In this document: in pieces, positions 39,757 to 50,027 of the stretch
Layout: each line of letters begins with the position of its first letter
Numbering within the stretch: position 1 is the stretch's first letter
Assembly (NCBI GenBank): GCA_031414595.1
Contig: JANNVX010000018.1
Location: 137,111 to 201,110 of the forward strand
Source: Deinococcales bacterium
Lineage (GTDB): Bacteria; Deinococcota; Deinococci; Deinococcales; JAAFIG01
Reading direction: 5' to 3'
Length of the DNA stretch: 64,000 nucleotides
Program-made: the position numbers and the translations under genes
Notes under the pieces: generated by a model
Seen by the model: the letters and a program-made list of their open reading frames with translations, nothing else
What the model was told of the DNA's origin: nothing
Database searches by the model: none

Positions 39757-42700
39757 ATGAGCCTTCCCAATGCAGATTTACAACTTCAGCTTCAAAGACG
39801 CTTGGCAAGTGTGGCGGTGCGCCGTTCGGGATTGGCTTTTTGCTTGTTTGGCGAGGCGGGGATTGGTAAAACCAGTGTTGTTGCCCAACTCCTAAAAGAT
39901 GCGCCTTTTTTGTCTGGCACGACTCGAGCCGTGACTCCTGTGGCTCAGGTCTTAAAGAATTTGCCACGTCCGAAGCGTTTACCTGCTTGGCTCGAGACAA
40001 AGTTAGAGACCGATTCGAGTCTGCAAACCCTGCTTAGCTTGCTCGAGGTCAATGCGCCTTTTGTGCTTCATGTCGAAGATTGGCACGAAGCAACGCCAGT
40101 GGCGCAAGATTTTTGGTTGCGTTTGGCGTTGGCAGCCCAGCCTAAAAAAGGTGTAGCGGTGATTCTGACCAGTCGGGTGGCGGTTGAATCGGGTCTCGAG
40201 TCGTTGCGTTTGCTACCTTTGGATTTGGTGAGTAGCACCGCCCTTTTGGAAGCTGAAGTTGGTGCGGTCTTGCCCCTCGAAGCCAGTGCTTGGATTTTTT
40301 CTAAAGCGGTGGGCAATCCACTGTTTACCATCGAGTTTTTTCGGCATTTGGCAAGGCAAGGTTTACTGTGGAACGACACCAAACGCTGGCATTGGCGTGA
40401 ACCGCCAAGCGATGCGATGCCATTGACCGTCGAAGCATTGATTGAACAATTGCTGTTTGACCCATCGGACTCGCCAGAAAGCCGTTTGGCATTACAAGCC
40501 CGTGCTTTGCTCGAGATTCGCGTACCACAACTGCTGCTGGATTCAGATATTTGGGCGCAAGTGGCGGGCTTAGACTTGCCAGAACTCGAGCTTGCCGAAT
40601 TGTATTTACGGCGGCGTGGGATTCTGAACAGCAATGGTTTTGTGCATCCGCTTTTTCGGGAAGTGACATTTAAGCAGTTGTCTGGAAGTGACAGAGCAGC
40701 ATTGGCAACCCGAGCGGTGCAGGTTTTTCAAGTGGTACAACCAGAATTTGCGGCTGAGTTTCTGACCGAAAGTCAGTTGCCACCTGAAACTGCTTTGAAA
40801 GTTTTACTGTCTTGTGCCAATGCTCTTAAAAATCAACCGACTCGAGCCGCACAACTGAGAGCCAAAGCCGCCCAGTTTCTAAATGGTCAACCCAAAGCCA
40901 AGTTGTTACTCGAGGCATTAGAAGTCTTAACCCACAGCGAACCCAAAGAAGCCTTGGCTTACGCCGAATCCATTCTCGAGATTCCAGATTTAACAGATAG
41001 CACTCGAGTGAACGCGATTTATTATGCGACCAGCGCAATTGTCACCACGACCCGCAATATCGCCGCAGCCGAGACTTCTTTAGCGCGTTTACCTGAACAG
41101 CAGCAAAACGATGCTCGATACATCAGTTCTTTGCTTGGCTATCTGATGATGTGTGGTCAGCCGACTCGAGCGCTCGAGATGTGGCAAAATCGCCCAGAGT
41201 TACATGATGTAGCAGAAACTTCGGTGCTGATTCATGTACTATCGGCATTGATGCTGACAGGGCAAGTGCAACAAGCTGAGAACTTATCGCTCAGTATTTT
41301 GCAGCATCCTAAGCTCTTGCCGCGTGAACGGATGAGTGTCCTTAACATTCGGGCGATTAGTTTAGCCCAAATGGGGCAGCTTGGGTTTGCCAAAGATGTG
41401 GCACTCGAAGCGATTGCTTTAGCCGAAAAACTCGAGCAACACAATGCAGTTGGCGCAATGCTTTTTAATCGGGCATTGACTTTAGAGCGCAGTGGGCAGC
41501 GAGAACTGATGCGCGACCATGCCACCCGAGCATTGCTGGCACTCGAGAAAGCTGGTAATCATGGTTTAGCGGCTCAGGCGCAACTGATGCTGGCTAATCT
41601 TGACTTCGAGGCTGGACAAGATGATCGCGCTGAGGAGCGATTGAACACAGCATATTTGTCGTTAAAACAGGGTGCAGAAACGCCTTTTTTGGTGGCAGTC
41701 GAGTTATTTTTGGTGCGTTTTCATTTGCAACGCCAATTGCAATACAGCCAAACTCTAGCTCTAAAATACGCTCGAGATGCCCTGCGTCATGCCCAAAATC
41801 TAGGGCAGCCAAAACTGATTGCCTCGAGTCAAACGCATTTGAGTTTAGCACTGTTGCAAACCCAAGAAATCCGACAGGCTCGAGAATACTTAGAAGCTGC
41901 TTTGCCTGTGCTTTTAGAAGTTCCAGACAGCAACAGTTTTTATGTGCTGAGCGCCCAAGCCAAACTCCTAGAAGCCGAGCAACAACCAGCCGTTCTGACT
42001 TGGCAAGCCGCGATTGCTCGAGCCGAAGAACTAGGGTTTTTGTTTGATGCTTATTGTTACCGCCTAGAACTGGCACGCTTAGAAAATAATCTGGCGATGG
42101 CTCGAGAAACCATGCTTTGGTTTACGGCACAAGGCTTACTGTATGGGGTTTATTTGGCAGAGCGGTATTTTCTAGAACTCAAAACCACCCAAGTCGTTAA
42201 GGAATCAGATTTACGGCTCGAGGTTCTGGGGACAATGCAAATCTCAAAGGCTGGTTTAGTCAGTGCCGTCAAAGGACAAAAACGCAAGGAATTACTGGCG
42301 GTTTTACTCGAGGCGCGGCTTGTCGGGCGCAGCGAAGTCAAAACTTTGGAGTTAGTAGACGCGCTTTACCCCAATAGCCCAGAAGAAGAAGCACAGGTGT
42401 CTTTGCGCCAAACGGTCTTTAAGGCTCGAGCGGTACATGGCGCAAGTGTTATCAGCACTACGGCTAACGGCTATGCTTTAGGCGGTATCTCGAGTGATGC
42501 CGAGGAATTTCTAAATACCAAGAACACGCAACTCTGGCGTGGAACGTACCTCGATGGGCTTGGGGCATCAGAAGAAATTCGTGAAATGCTCACTTCAGCT
42601 TGCCAAAACCAAGCTCAGAACATCCTCGAGACCAACCCCAAAGAAGTGGCTCGAGTGATGCGAATTTTAGTCGAGACCGACCCTTACGATTTGGTCACGC

Positions 42701-42834
42701 TTAAATTGGCTTGTGCGGCACTGCGTTTAGACAACAATCACCGCACCTTGCAACGGCTGTACGCGGATGCTCGAGCCAAGTTACTTGAGGTTGGCGAAGT
42801 GTTGCCTGAGCGCTGGCAGGAATTTTTGACGTAA
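39757..42834 (+). CDS. AAA ATPase/TPR regulator with C-terminal winged-helix/BTAD-like domain
   Basis: GEAGIGKT, VEDWH, GNPLF, TPR-like helices, LEVLG...ELVDALYP...NGYAL. Confidence 0.85.
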   Translation: MSLPNADLQLQLQRRLASVAVRRSGLAFCLFGEAGIGKTSVVAQLLKDAPFLSGTTRAVTPVAQVLKNLPRPKRLPAWLETKLETDSSLQTLLSLLEVNAPFVLHVEDWHEATPVAQDFWLRLALAAQPKKGVAVILTSRVAVESGLESLRLLPLDLVSSTALLEAEVGAVLPLEASAWIFSKAVGNPLFTIEFFRHLARQGLLWNDTKRWHWREPPSDAMPLTVEALIEQLLFDPSDSPESRLALQARALLEIRVPQLLLDSDIWAQVAGLDLPELELAELYLRRRGILNSNGFVHPLFREVTFKQLSGSDRAALATRAVQVFQVVQPEFAAEFLTESQLPPETALKVLLSCANALKNQPTRAAQLRAKAAQFLNGQPKAKLLLEALEVLTHSEPKEALAYAESILEIPDLTDSTRVNAIYYATSAIVTTTRNIAAAETSLARLPEQQQNDARYISSLLGYLMMCGQPTRALEMWQNRPELHDVAETSVLIHVLSALMLTGQVQQAENLSLSILQHPKLLPRERMSVLNIRAISLAQMGQLGFAKDVALEAIALAEKLEQHNAVGAMLFNRALTLERSGQRELMRDHATRALLALEKAGNHGLAAQAQLMLANLDFEAGQDDRAEERLNTAYLSLKQGAETPFLVAVELFLVRFHLQRQLQYSQTLALKYARDALRHAQNLGQPKLIASSQTHLSLALLQTQEIRQAREYLEAALPVLLEVPDSNSFYVLSAQAKLLEAEQQPAVLTWQAAIARAEELGFLFDAYCYRLELARLENNLAMARETMLWFTAQGLLYGVYLAERYFLELKTTQVVKESDLRLEVLGTMQISKAGLVSAVKGQKRKELLAVLLEARLVGRSEVKTLELVDALYPNSPEEEAQVSLRQTVFKARAVHGASVISTTANGYALGGISSDAEEFLNTKNTQLWRGTYLDGLGASEEIREMLTSACQNQAQNILETNPKEVARVMRILVETDPYDLVTLKLACAALRLDNNHRTLQRLYADARAKLLEVGEVLPERWQEFLT

Positions 42835-42852
42835 GTTGACTAGGAGTAAACG

Positions 42853-43326
42853 ATGAATGGATTTGATATTCACCAAAATACCTTGAGATTAGAGGCTATA
42901 GTTGCATCCGAATTAAGCGTCCTTTTAGAGCAACACTCTGTTGGGTCGGCGTTAAATGTAGAACCATCCGCAGGTCTTTTAGCTTCACTAGAGTTGTATA
43001 TTCCATCATTGCTTTCTCGCTATTATCCAGAATGGAAAAATGAAACTTTAGATGGGTTCTTTTTAGAAACCGCCCAGAGAATTGATTCAATAACTGCCGA
43101 GTTTATTGGGGTATGTATTTTGATGAGTGATCAAACTTTGACACCTATTTTCATAAGTTTGACTCTCAGCACATTACACAATTCAATCGCGTCGTATCGG
43201 GTATTTTTAGGAGAGTTAGGTAGTGGTCACCTTGGAATCTCGAGACCACGAGAAAAAGTGTTAATGACTACAGTCGCACGCCTAAAGAACATCAAATGGT
43301 CATACCGTATTGGAAACGAATTGTAG
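42853..43326 (+). CDS. Hypothetical protein
   Basis: AGGAG RBS; 157 aa. Confidence 0.65.
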   Translation: MNGFDIHQNTLRLEAIVASELSVLLEQHSVGSALNVEPSAGLLASLELYIPSLLSRYYPEWKNETLDGFFLETAQRIDSITAEFIGVCILMSDQTLTPIFISLTLSTLHNSIASYRVFLGELGSGHLGISRPREKVLMTTVARLKNIKWSYRIGNEL

Positions 43327-43427
43327 GGTGGGTTCTGCCTGATATTGTCTCGTATACAACGCAGATAAGCCCTATCAAGCCTCTAGCGCCCGTGAATTTG
43401 TTGGTAGCTCGAGACAACAAAAGCCCA

Positions 43428-43595
43428 TCATCTGTAGTTTCTTTTGACTATCGCTAGGTCTAAAACAGTCGGGATTTTCCGATGTTGTTTTTTGATTTGG
43501 GCTTCGGTTTGTGTTTGAGGGATATTTGAACTTATAAAACCTTGCTCGGGTTGTTGTGCTAACCATGCTCGAGCAGTTTTAGGGTCAATTTTCAT
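43428..43595 (-). CDS. Small hypothetical protein (55 aa)
   Basis: AAGGAG RBS before MKIDPKTARAWL. Confidence 0.5.
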   Translation of the reverse strand: MKIDPKTARAWLAQQPEQGFISSNIPQTQTEAQIKKQHRKIPTVLDLAIVKRNYR

Positions 43596-43772
43596 AATTC
43601 TCCTTATCAAAATAGTACAACATGAAGGGTTGGCAGTTCGATTTTTTGTTTTTGTGGGTCACATAAGTAAAAAACTTCACATCGGCAAAAATGGCTTCTT
43701 AACTAACCCAAAGTAAACCAGCCGTGGCGCAATCTAAGCCCATACTCGAGCCAAGCTCGAGAAGGAGGTTTT

Positions 43773-46742
43773 ATGTTGCTGTTTAGGTTTTTTGGTGTAA
43801 TGTCGTTGCTGCTGCTGTGCTTGGTGGCTTGTCCACAACCGATTCAAAATGTGCCGCAAATTGTTTCTTTTACGGCAACACCAAGCAGTATCAGCGCTGC
43901 TACCAGCGTCAAACTCGAGTGGGTGGTGCAGAATGCCTCGAGCCTGAGCATTAGCCCCAATGTCGGCGTGGTAACTGGCTCGAGTACAACCCTTAATATC
44001 AGTGCCAGCACAACTTTTGAACTAACCGCCCAGAATATCGCGGGAACAAGCAAAAAAACCGTTTTGGTGACACTAAACCAAAATCTCAGTCAATTTTTTA
44101 GCCCCGATAAAGTCTATTCCCAGCCGATTCCTACAGATACCCAACAGCTTTTACCAGAGGAATTTAAGCGTCAAGTCGAGGCGGGCGAACTGCGTTTGGT
44201 GACTGCCCAAAGCCAAGCCAGCGCCGTGCAACAGCAGCAACTCGAGTATCAAACCGACTTTGGTTTCTTGCAAGGTTTAAGTCAGCCGTCAACTGTGGTT
44301 ATGGACTTGTTGGCTCGAGTGACAGCCAGCCCTAAACCAAACGCCGAACCGCTCGAGATGCAAAATAATTCGGTGGTGCAGTTGCTCAGTCTTGCCGAAC
44401 AGGTGCAGCAGCAAGCCCAAGCTGAACGCGATTTGCGCGATGTGGCAAAGCAATTGCTTCGTTACACCGACCTGTACAACTTACTCAGTCCAGACTACCG
44501 TACCGATTTAAGCACCCCCGAAAGTTTGACTGGGCAACCGCTTGAGGTGATTCAAACCGTACTGGCGGCGCTTGAAACACGCCTGACCGAAATTCCTAAT
44601 TTAGATGGCGAGACACGGCTCGAGACAGCAGCAGGGGCAAGGCTAACCCCGCAAGTTGCTCCAATTCCCGGTGGCAACCCATACCCAAATCAGGATGGTT
44701 GGCGTTGCAACCAGAGCCAAACGGGGTTGTACAAGAACTTTTTTTGGTCGCTCAAGAACTTTGTCACCCCAATTCGTGACCAAGGTAGGCGTGGGATGTG
44801 TTGGGCATTTACGGCGGTATCAGCTTTGGAAAGTAAAATTGCAGTACAGACAGGCAATCAAATCAATCTTTCCGAGCAGTTCTTGGTCAATAAAGTCAAA
44901 CACGATTGGGACGAAGAAGATTATCAAGATGGCTACCGCGCCGAAAGTGCTTTACAGGATATGCTCGAGAACAACCAGTCCTTGCCCTTAGAAAATACTT
45001 GGCTTTATAACCTTAGCGATGCTCGAGCCATTTCGGGCGAGGATTCGAGTAGTAAAGCCAGCTACACAGGCAGTTGTGCCGCCTTTACACACCCAAGCAA
45101 CCCAGCCTTGAATGTGCCAGCCTATAATGGTTCTTGCTCCGAGACTGCCCACCAAAGCGCCTTAAAGTGCAGCACCTTTAACGGCACATTTTGTGGTTAT
45201 CAAACCATGACCTTTAGCGGTGTTGGCGGCATCGCCAGCAACCCAACCCGCACGCTTTGGTCTGGCAATGCCAGTAACTTTCCACTGGACGAATTACGCT
45301 TACGTTTAGCGGGTGGTCAAGTGATTATGGCTTCATTTGGGGTACGGGTTGGTTTTCAAGAAGCCCAGAATGGCTTTGTGACCGATTTTAGCGACCAGCA
45401 CCGTTTGGCAGATGGCATCAATCTTGGCTCGGGCAGCAAGGGCGGTCATGCAGTCACGATTATTGGTTTTCTGGATGCTGCCAGCGTCCGAGCGGCAGCG
45501 ACCCCGAACGGCAACAGTTTGCCTGTGGTAATCGTACCGGGTGGCGTGCTGAACAACATTGCGGGGTACTTTGTGGTCAAAAACTCTTGGGGTTGCGTTG
45601 GCGATGGCGGCTATTATTACATCCCAGACACCTATGTCCGTCAGTTTTTTAACCGTTTATCGGTACTCGAGTTTGGCGGACGTGGTGCAGCTTGGAATAA
45701 TCAAAAAAACCCCTTCCTCGAGACCCTCGGCACAAACGCCAACATAGACACCGATTTACGCAGCCCAACAGCTTTGTTTCGGGTCGCAGCCCCCCAAGGG
45801 CAGCCGTTATCAGATTTAACGGTGCAAATCAGTTCAAATAACCCAAGCGATAATTTCTCGAGCAGTGATTTCTTTGGAATTCGCACCTACAGCAGCACTT
45901 TTGGCAGCGCGGGAATTCGAGTCTTGAGTATTACGGTTCGCAATGGCACAGCTAACCAGCAAGTAAGATTTTTGACAGTCAATGTTAAAAATACTGCTCC
46001 AAATGCAATTTTTACCATGCCCAGCCCGATTTATACCTATTCCTCGAGCCTCCCGACCCCAGAATTTAGCCTTGGCATACTCGATAAAAACGAAGCTGAC
46101 CCACAAACCCTCTGCCCAAATGTGCGCTGGGAAGTGGATTTACCAGATTTAATCGAAAGTAACACCATCACCAATACTGTGATTGGCGGTTGTAAACAAA
46201 AAATTCGTTTTGCCAGTGCAGGTTACCGTGAAGTGCGGGTCTCCATCACCGACAGCGATGGTTTAAGCGGCTCGAGTTTTGTCAATGTGCCAGTGCAGAA
46301 CCCACCTGTCAATCCGTACCCAATCATCTCGAGCGGCGGCGTGCAGCGCTGGGATAGGCTGAATGCTTCTGGGCTTTGCATCAGGGATTTTGCCTTACGC
46401 ACGATGCTCGATTTACGCAGCCAGACCCCGAGTACCAATTGCTCGGGACAACCCAACCCAAGTACCTTTTACGCCAGCATTAGTGTGCAGAATCCAGATG
46501 CTGAATTTTTGGTCTACGACTGGAAATTAACGCTTGTGACTCCAACAGGCAATTACTCGAGCGGGGCGTTTATGACCAGCAGCGCCGAAAATTTTGCAAT
46601 TCCTGTTGTCAATTACGGCTCGGGCGGTACGTTTGCTTGCAATGTCCAAATTCGGTTGTTGCCAAACAACAACAGCAGCCGCGAGCGCAGCCAAACGGTT
46701 TGGTCTGGGCAGTGCCAAGTCGCGGCAGTCGTACCACGTTGA
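43773..46742 (+). CDS. C1 (papain-like) cysteine peptidase lipoprotein
   Basis: LVAC lipobox; DQGRRGMCWAF, LSEQ, GGHAV, KNSWG; Ig-like flanks. Confidence 0.9.
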   Translation: MLLFRFFGVMSLLLLCLVACPQPIQNVPQIVSFTATPSSISAATSVKLEWVVQNASSLSISPNVGVVTGSSTTLNISASTTFELTAQNIAGTSKKTVLVTLNQNLSQFFSPDKVYSQPIPTDTQQLLPEEFKRQVEAGELRLVTAQSQASAVQQQQLEYQTDFGFLQGLSQPSTVVMDLLARVTASPKPNAEPLEMQNNSVVQLLSLAEQVQQQAQAERDLRDVAKQLLRYTDLYNLLSPDYRTDLSTPESLTGQPLEVIQTVLAALETRLTEIPNLDGETRLETAAGARLTPQVAPIPGGNPYPNQDGWRCNQSQTGLYKNFFWSLKNFVTPIRDQGRRGMCWAFTAVSALESKIAVQTGNQINLSEQFLVNKVKHDWDEEDYQDGYRAESALQDMLENNQSLPLENTWLYNLSDARAISGEDSSSKASYTGSCAAFTHPSNPALNVPAYNGSCSETAHQSALKCSTFNGTFCGYQTMTFSGVGGIASNPTRTLWSGNASNFPLDELRLRLAGGQVIMASFGVRVGFQEAQNGFVTDFSDQHRLADGINLGSGSKGGHAVTIIGFLDAASVRAAATPNGNSLPVVIVPGGVLNNIAGYFVVKNSWGCVGDGGYYYIPDTYVRQFFNRLSVLEFGGRGAAWNNQKNPFLETLGTNANIDTDLRSPTALFRVAAPQGQPLSDLTVQISSNNPSDNFSSSDFFGIRTYSSTFGSAGIRVLSITVRNGTANQQVRFLTVNVKNTAPNAIFTMPSPIYTYSSSLPTPEFSLGILDKNEADPQTLCPNVRWEVDLPDLIESNTITNTVIGGCKQKIRFASAGYREVRVSITDSDGLSGSSFVNVPVQNPPVNPYPIISSGGVQRWDRLNASGLCIRDFALRTMLDLRSQTPSTNCSGQPNPSTFYASISVQNPDAEFLVYDWKLTLVTPTGNYSSGAFMTSSAENFAIPVVNYGSGGTFACNVQIRLLPNNNSSRERSQTVWSGQCQVAAVVPR

Positions 46743-46839
46743 CCGATGGGCAACTCGTACCGAATTAAACGGCAAAACCCCTGTCTCGAGCAACCAACAA
46801 CTAACAGCTTTTGGCGCATAGTAAGCGCAGGAGGGATTC

Positions 46840-47040
46840 ATGGTCAAAGAACGAATTGCTTACCGAGTTTGCCCAAAGTGTGCCAGAGCCGTGCCTTTGG
46901 GGAGTGGGGAAAAATTTTGCAGCAACGATGGCGAGAAATTGCTCGAGGCTTGCCCAAAGTGTAATGCCCCCATTACCAGCCCATACGCACGATTTTGCTC
47001 GAGTTGTGGTCAAGATTTTTTTACTAAGGAGAAGCCATGA
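46840..47040 (+). CDS. Double zinc-ribbon protein
   Basis: CPKC, CSND, CPKC, CSSC; ATGA overlap with next gene. Confidence 0.85.
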   Translation: MVKERIAYRVCPKCARAVPLGSGEKFCSNDGEKLLEACPKCNAPITSPYARFCSSCGQDFFTKEKP

Positions 47041-50015
47041 AGTATTTATTCCCCATGATTTTGTCGGCTTTATTAGCGTGTAACCCGCCAACGCCGCCTA
47101 TAGAAAATAAAATTCCCGTAGTCGGGTTTACGGCTTTAGCCACTGTCCAAGCGGGTACAGCCCTTGGTTTCTCGAGTACCTCTACTGACCCTGACGGCGA
47201 CGCTTTAACGCTCTCTTGGGATTTTGGTAATGGGGTGCGTGGCGGCGGCGCAAGTATTGCCCATGTCTACCCCAAAGCGGGTTCGTTCACGGTCAAACTT
47301 ACGGCAGCCGATGGCAAAGGCGGAGTCTCGAGTGCGGAGAAAACCGTAACTGTCACAGCCAATAGTATTGTGGCTGGGGCAGCGCTCAGTGTGGTTGGCT
47401 CAATTTTTGATGCTGTTGGCGCACCACTGGCAGGTGTGTCTGTGCAACTAGATGGTGCAACCCTAGGCTCGAGCGATACAAACGGCAAGGTCACTTTGTC
47501 TGTACCGACTGGAATTCCAATCAACTTGGTCTTTGATAAAACTGGGTTTAGCCAAGGGTTTGCCGCCCTCGAGTTCCCGAAAGGTTCTAACGCCAGCAAT
47601 GCCGATTTTACGGCAACGCTGTTGGCTCGAGCCGCTGCCCAACCGATGAACGCCAGTACAGGTGGCGCAATCACTGGCACAGACAATGCCCGTCTCGAGT
47701 TACCCGCCAATGCTTTGGTCAAACCTGATGGTACGCCCGTAACGGGAACGGTCAATGTCAGTTTGTCGCCTGTGGATATTAACGACCCTCTCGAGAAAAG
47801 CGCTTTCCCTGGCAGTTTTGAAGGCGTGCAACCCAACGGCATAAGCACCGGCATTGTTTCCTTAGGTACAACCGAATTTGCCCTCGAGCAGGGTGGGCAG
47901 CGTCTGACCTTAAAAGCAGGGGCGAGTGCCAAAGTGCGCTTGCCGATGTACGCCAACACTAACCTCGATGGCAGCCCGATTAAATTAGGCGATAGCATTC
48001 CACTTTGGAGCTTAAACGAACAAACGGGCGATTGGGTACAAGAAGGCATAGGTGTGGTGGTGGATTCGGGTCCTGGAACAAGGGCGCTCGAGGCAACCGT
48101 GACCCATTTTAGTTGGTGGAATGCGGATATTGGTTTCATCCCAAGTTTTCCAAAACCCAAGTGTATTAACGATGTTCCGGGGCAGTACGACAGTATTTTT
48201 GAACAAGCCACATTCTGTAAATTCTTAGCCGAACTCGATAAACCAATTCCCGCTCTAAACTCGAGTTTACGTCCTCAAGCCGACCCGCCACGCTTACCTG
48301 CTTTTGCTGCCACAACCAATTTGCCAATTGTGGGGGGTTTTGGGTTACCCGTCCCAGCCGACACAAACATTCGCTACACAGGTTGTATTGCCAATAATAC
48401 TTTTTGTGGTTCGGTGGTGAAAAACTTTGTGGCTGGCTCGAGTGAAACTTTTGAAATTCGCCTTAAACGTACTGACACCGAAGATATTGGATTGCCATTT
48501 GATGCAGTCCGCAACATCAATGCGATTAAGCGTTTTACTTTTGACAGCAGCACCAATCCAAATGGGGTCAATATCACCTTAGAGCGCAGTGCAGGCTCGA
48601 GTTTTACTGGAACAGCTTTTTTACTCGACCCACAAGGCAACGAAATCAGTAACAAAGGCATTGGTGGCACAAGTCAAATCCTAGAATCACGATTATTTGC
48701 CAGTGGTAAACACATCCTCGAGATTCGCCCTAGTGCCGGCTCGAGCGGTGGTATTAGAATCCGAGTTGAACGCAAAAATTTTGTCGTCACCAGCAATTGG
48801 ACAACACTGACGCAAAGCGCCATTAGAATTGAGGATAATCCGAATGTGGTACTGAACAATGCTGGGCAGGGTGCAGCATTTTGGATACAAAAAGATGATT
48901 CTATTCAACCAACGCAATACGCATTAAACAGCAGCAGTTTTGATGCGACCAACAACACATGGGATGCTGTTCAACTGCTCGAGACGCAAAGCACTGATTA
49001 CCCAAATGTTGCACTGGGTGTGGCTGGTAACAATGATAAAATCATGATTTGGACGCAGCGTGCCGCTACAAACACAGTGCGTTGGAGTCGCCGTATTGCC
49101 AGCAGTAACGCTTGGAGTGCTGCCACAAACCTTGCGATTGTCAGTGCCAATAAATACGCCACCAATCCACAAATTAAAATGGACTCGAGCGGCAATGCTG
49201 TGGCGCTCTGGCTCGAGTTTGGTGGTGGTAATTTTGGAAATCAAATTCGCTTGGCACGATTCACAGCCACAACTGGAATTTGGGCAGTAGAAACCATAGC
49301 GGCTGGAAATTTTCCAGATACACCTGTATTGGCACTGGACGCAGCAGGAAACGTAGCAGTGCTGTACTTCGATTTTTCTCCAAGTCTTGGCTATTACTTC
49401 AAGCGCAACCTCGCAGGTGTGTGGAGTACCGCCACCAAATTATTCACCCCGAGCGCCGCGCCAAATGGTTTTACTTCGACCAAACTCGAGTTAAGTGCCA
49501 GTGGTAATGGCATGGCAATCTGGGATGACGCTGGAACACTCCGTGCTAGGGCTTATGATTTTGGCACAGACACATGGAAACCCGTCCAGAGTTTTGCTGG
49601 TACAAACGCTAAAATCGGGCTAAACTCGAGCGGAAATGCCAATTTAGCCTACCTCGAGTTTGCCAATCCAGCCGCTCTGTTCGCCCGGACGTACATTGCC
49701 ACAACCGACACATGGAGCGCCAGCCAAACCATTTCTGACTCGAGCAATGGTGGTGTGAACTTTGCTTTGAATAACCTCAACATGGCTTTTAACCCAACAG
49801 GCGATGCGGTCATAACCTTTGTTAAAGGGCAAGAAACCTTACTGTCTTCTCGAGCCTCGAGTGCCAGTGCTTGGACAACCCCAGTACCAGATGGTGCTTT
49901 TGAAACTCGTCGAGTTGCCTTGGACGACACTGGCAGGGCTGTGATTCTGCGAGTTGGATATAACGCCACGCTTTTCAAATACGAAGTTCAAGTTAAACGC
50001 ATCAACATTCGCTAA
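47037..50015 (+). CDS. PKD-domain lipoprotein with beta-propeller-like C-terminus
   Basis: LLAC lipobox; DPDGD.L...WDFG PKD; HFSWWNAD; repeated W-containing blades. Confidence 0.85.
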   Translation: MKYLFPMILSALLACNPPTPPIENKIPVVGFTALATVQAGTALGFSSTSTDPDGDALTLSWDFGNGVRGGGASIAHVYPKAGSFTVKLTAADGKGGVSSAEKTVTVTANSIVAGAALSVVGSIFDAVGAPLAGVSVQLDGATLGSSDTNGKVTLSVPTGIPINLVFDKTGFSQGFAALEFPKGSNASNADFTATLLARAAAQPMNASTGGAITGTDNARLELPANALVKPDGTPVTGTVNVSLSPVDINDPLEKSAFPGSFEGVQPNGISTGIVSLGTTEFALEQGGQRLTLKAGASAKVRLPMYANTNLDGSPIKLGDSIPLWSLNEQTGDWVQEGIGVVVDSGPGTRALEATVTHFSWWNADIGFIPSFPKPKCINDVPGQYDSIFEQATFCKFLAELDKPIPALNSSLRPQADPPRLPAFAATTNLPIVGGFGLPVPADTNIRYTGCIANNTFCGSVVKNFVAGSSETFEIRLKRTDTEDIGLPFDAVRNINAIKRFTFDSSTNPNGVNITLERSAGSSFTGTAFLLDPQGNEISNKGIGGTSQILESRLFASGKHILEIRPSAGSSGGIRIRVERKNFVVTSNWTTLTQSAIRIEDNPNVVLNNAGQGAAFWIQKDDSIQPTQYALNSSSFDATNNTWDAVQLLETQSTDYPNVALGVAGNNDKIMIWTQRAATNTVRWSRRIASSNAWSAATNLAIVSANKYATNPQIKMDSSGNAVALWLEFGGGNFGNQIRLARFTATTGIWAVETIAAGNFPDTPVLALDAAGNVAVLYFDFSPSLGYYFKRNLAGVWSTATKLFTPSAAPNGFTSTKLELSASGNGMAIWDDAGTLRARAYDFGTDTWKPVQSFAGTNAKIGLNSSGNANLAYLEFANPAALFARTYIATTDTWSASQTISDSSNGGVNFALNNLNMAFNPTGDAVITFVKGQETLLSSRASSASAWTTPVPDGAFETRRVALDDTGRAVILRVGYNATLFKYEVQVKRINIR

Positions 50016-50027
50016 AAGGAGTTTTTT

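Noticed and set aside
47267-48211. 314-aa minus-strand ORF
   Set aside because: Antisense shadow of the PKD lipoprotein.
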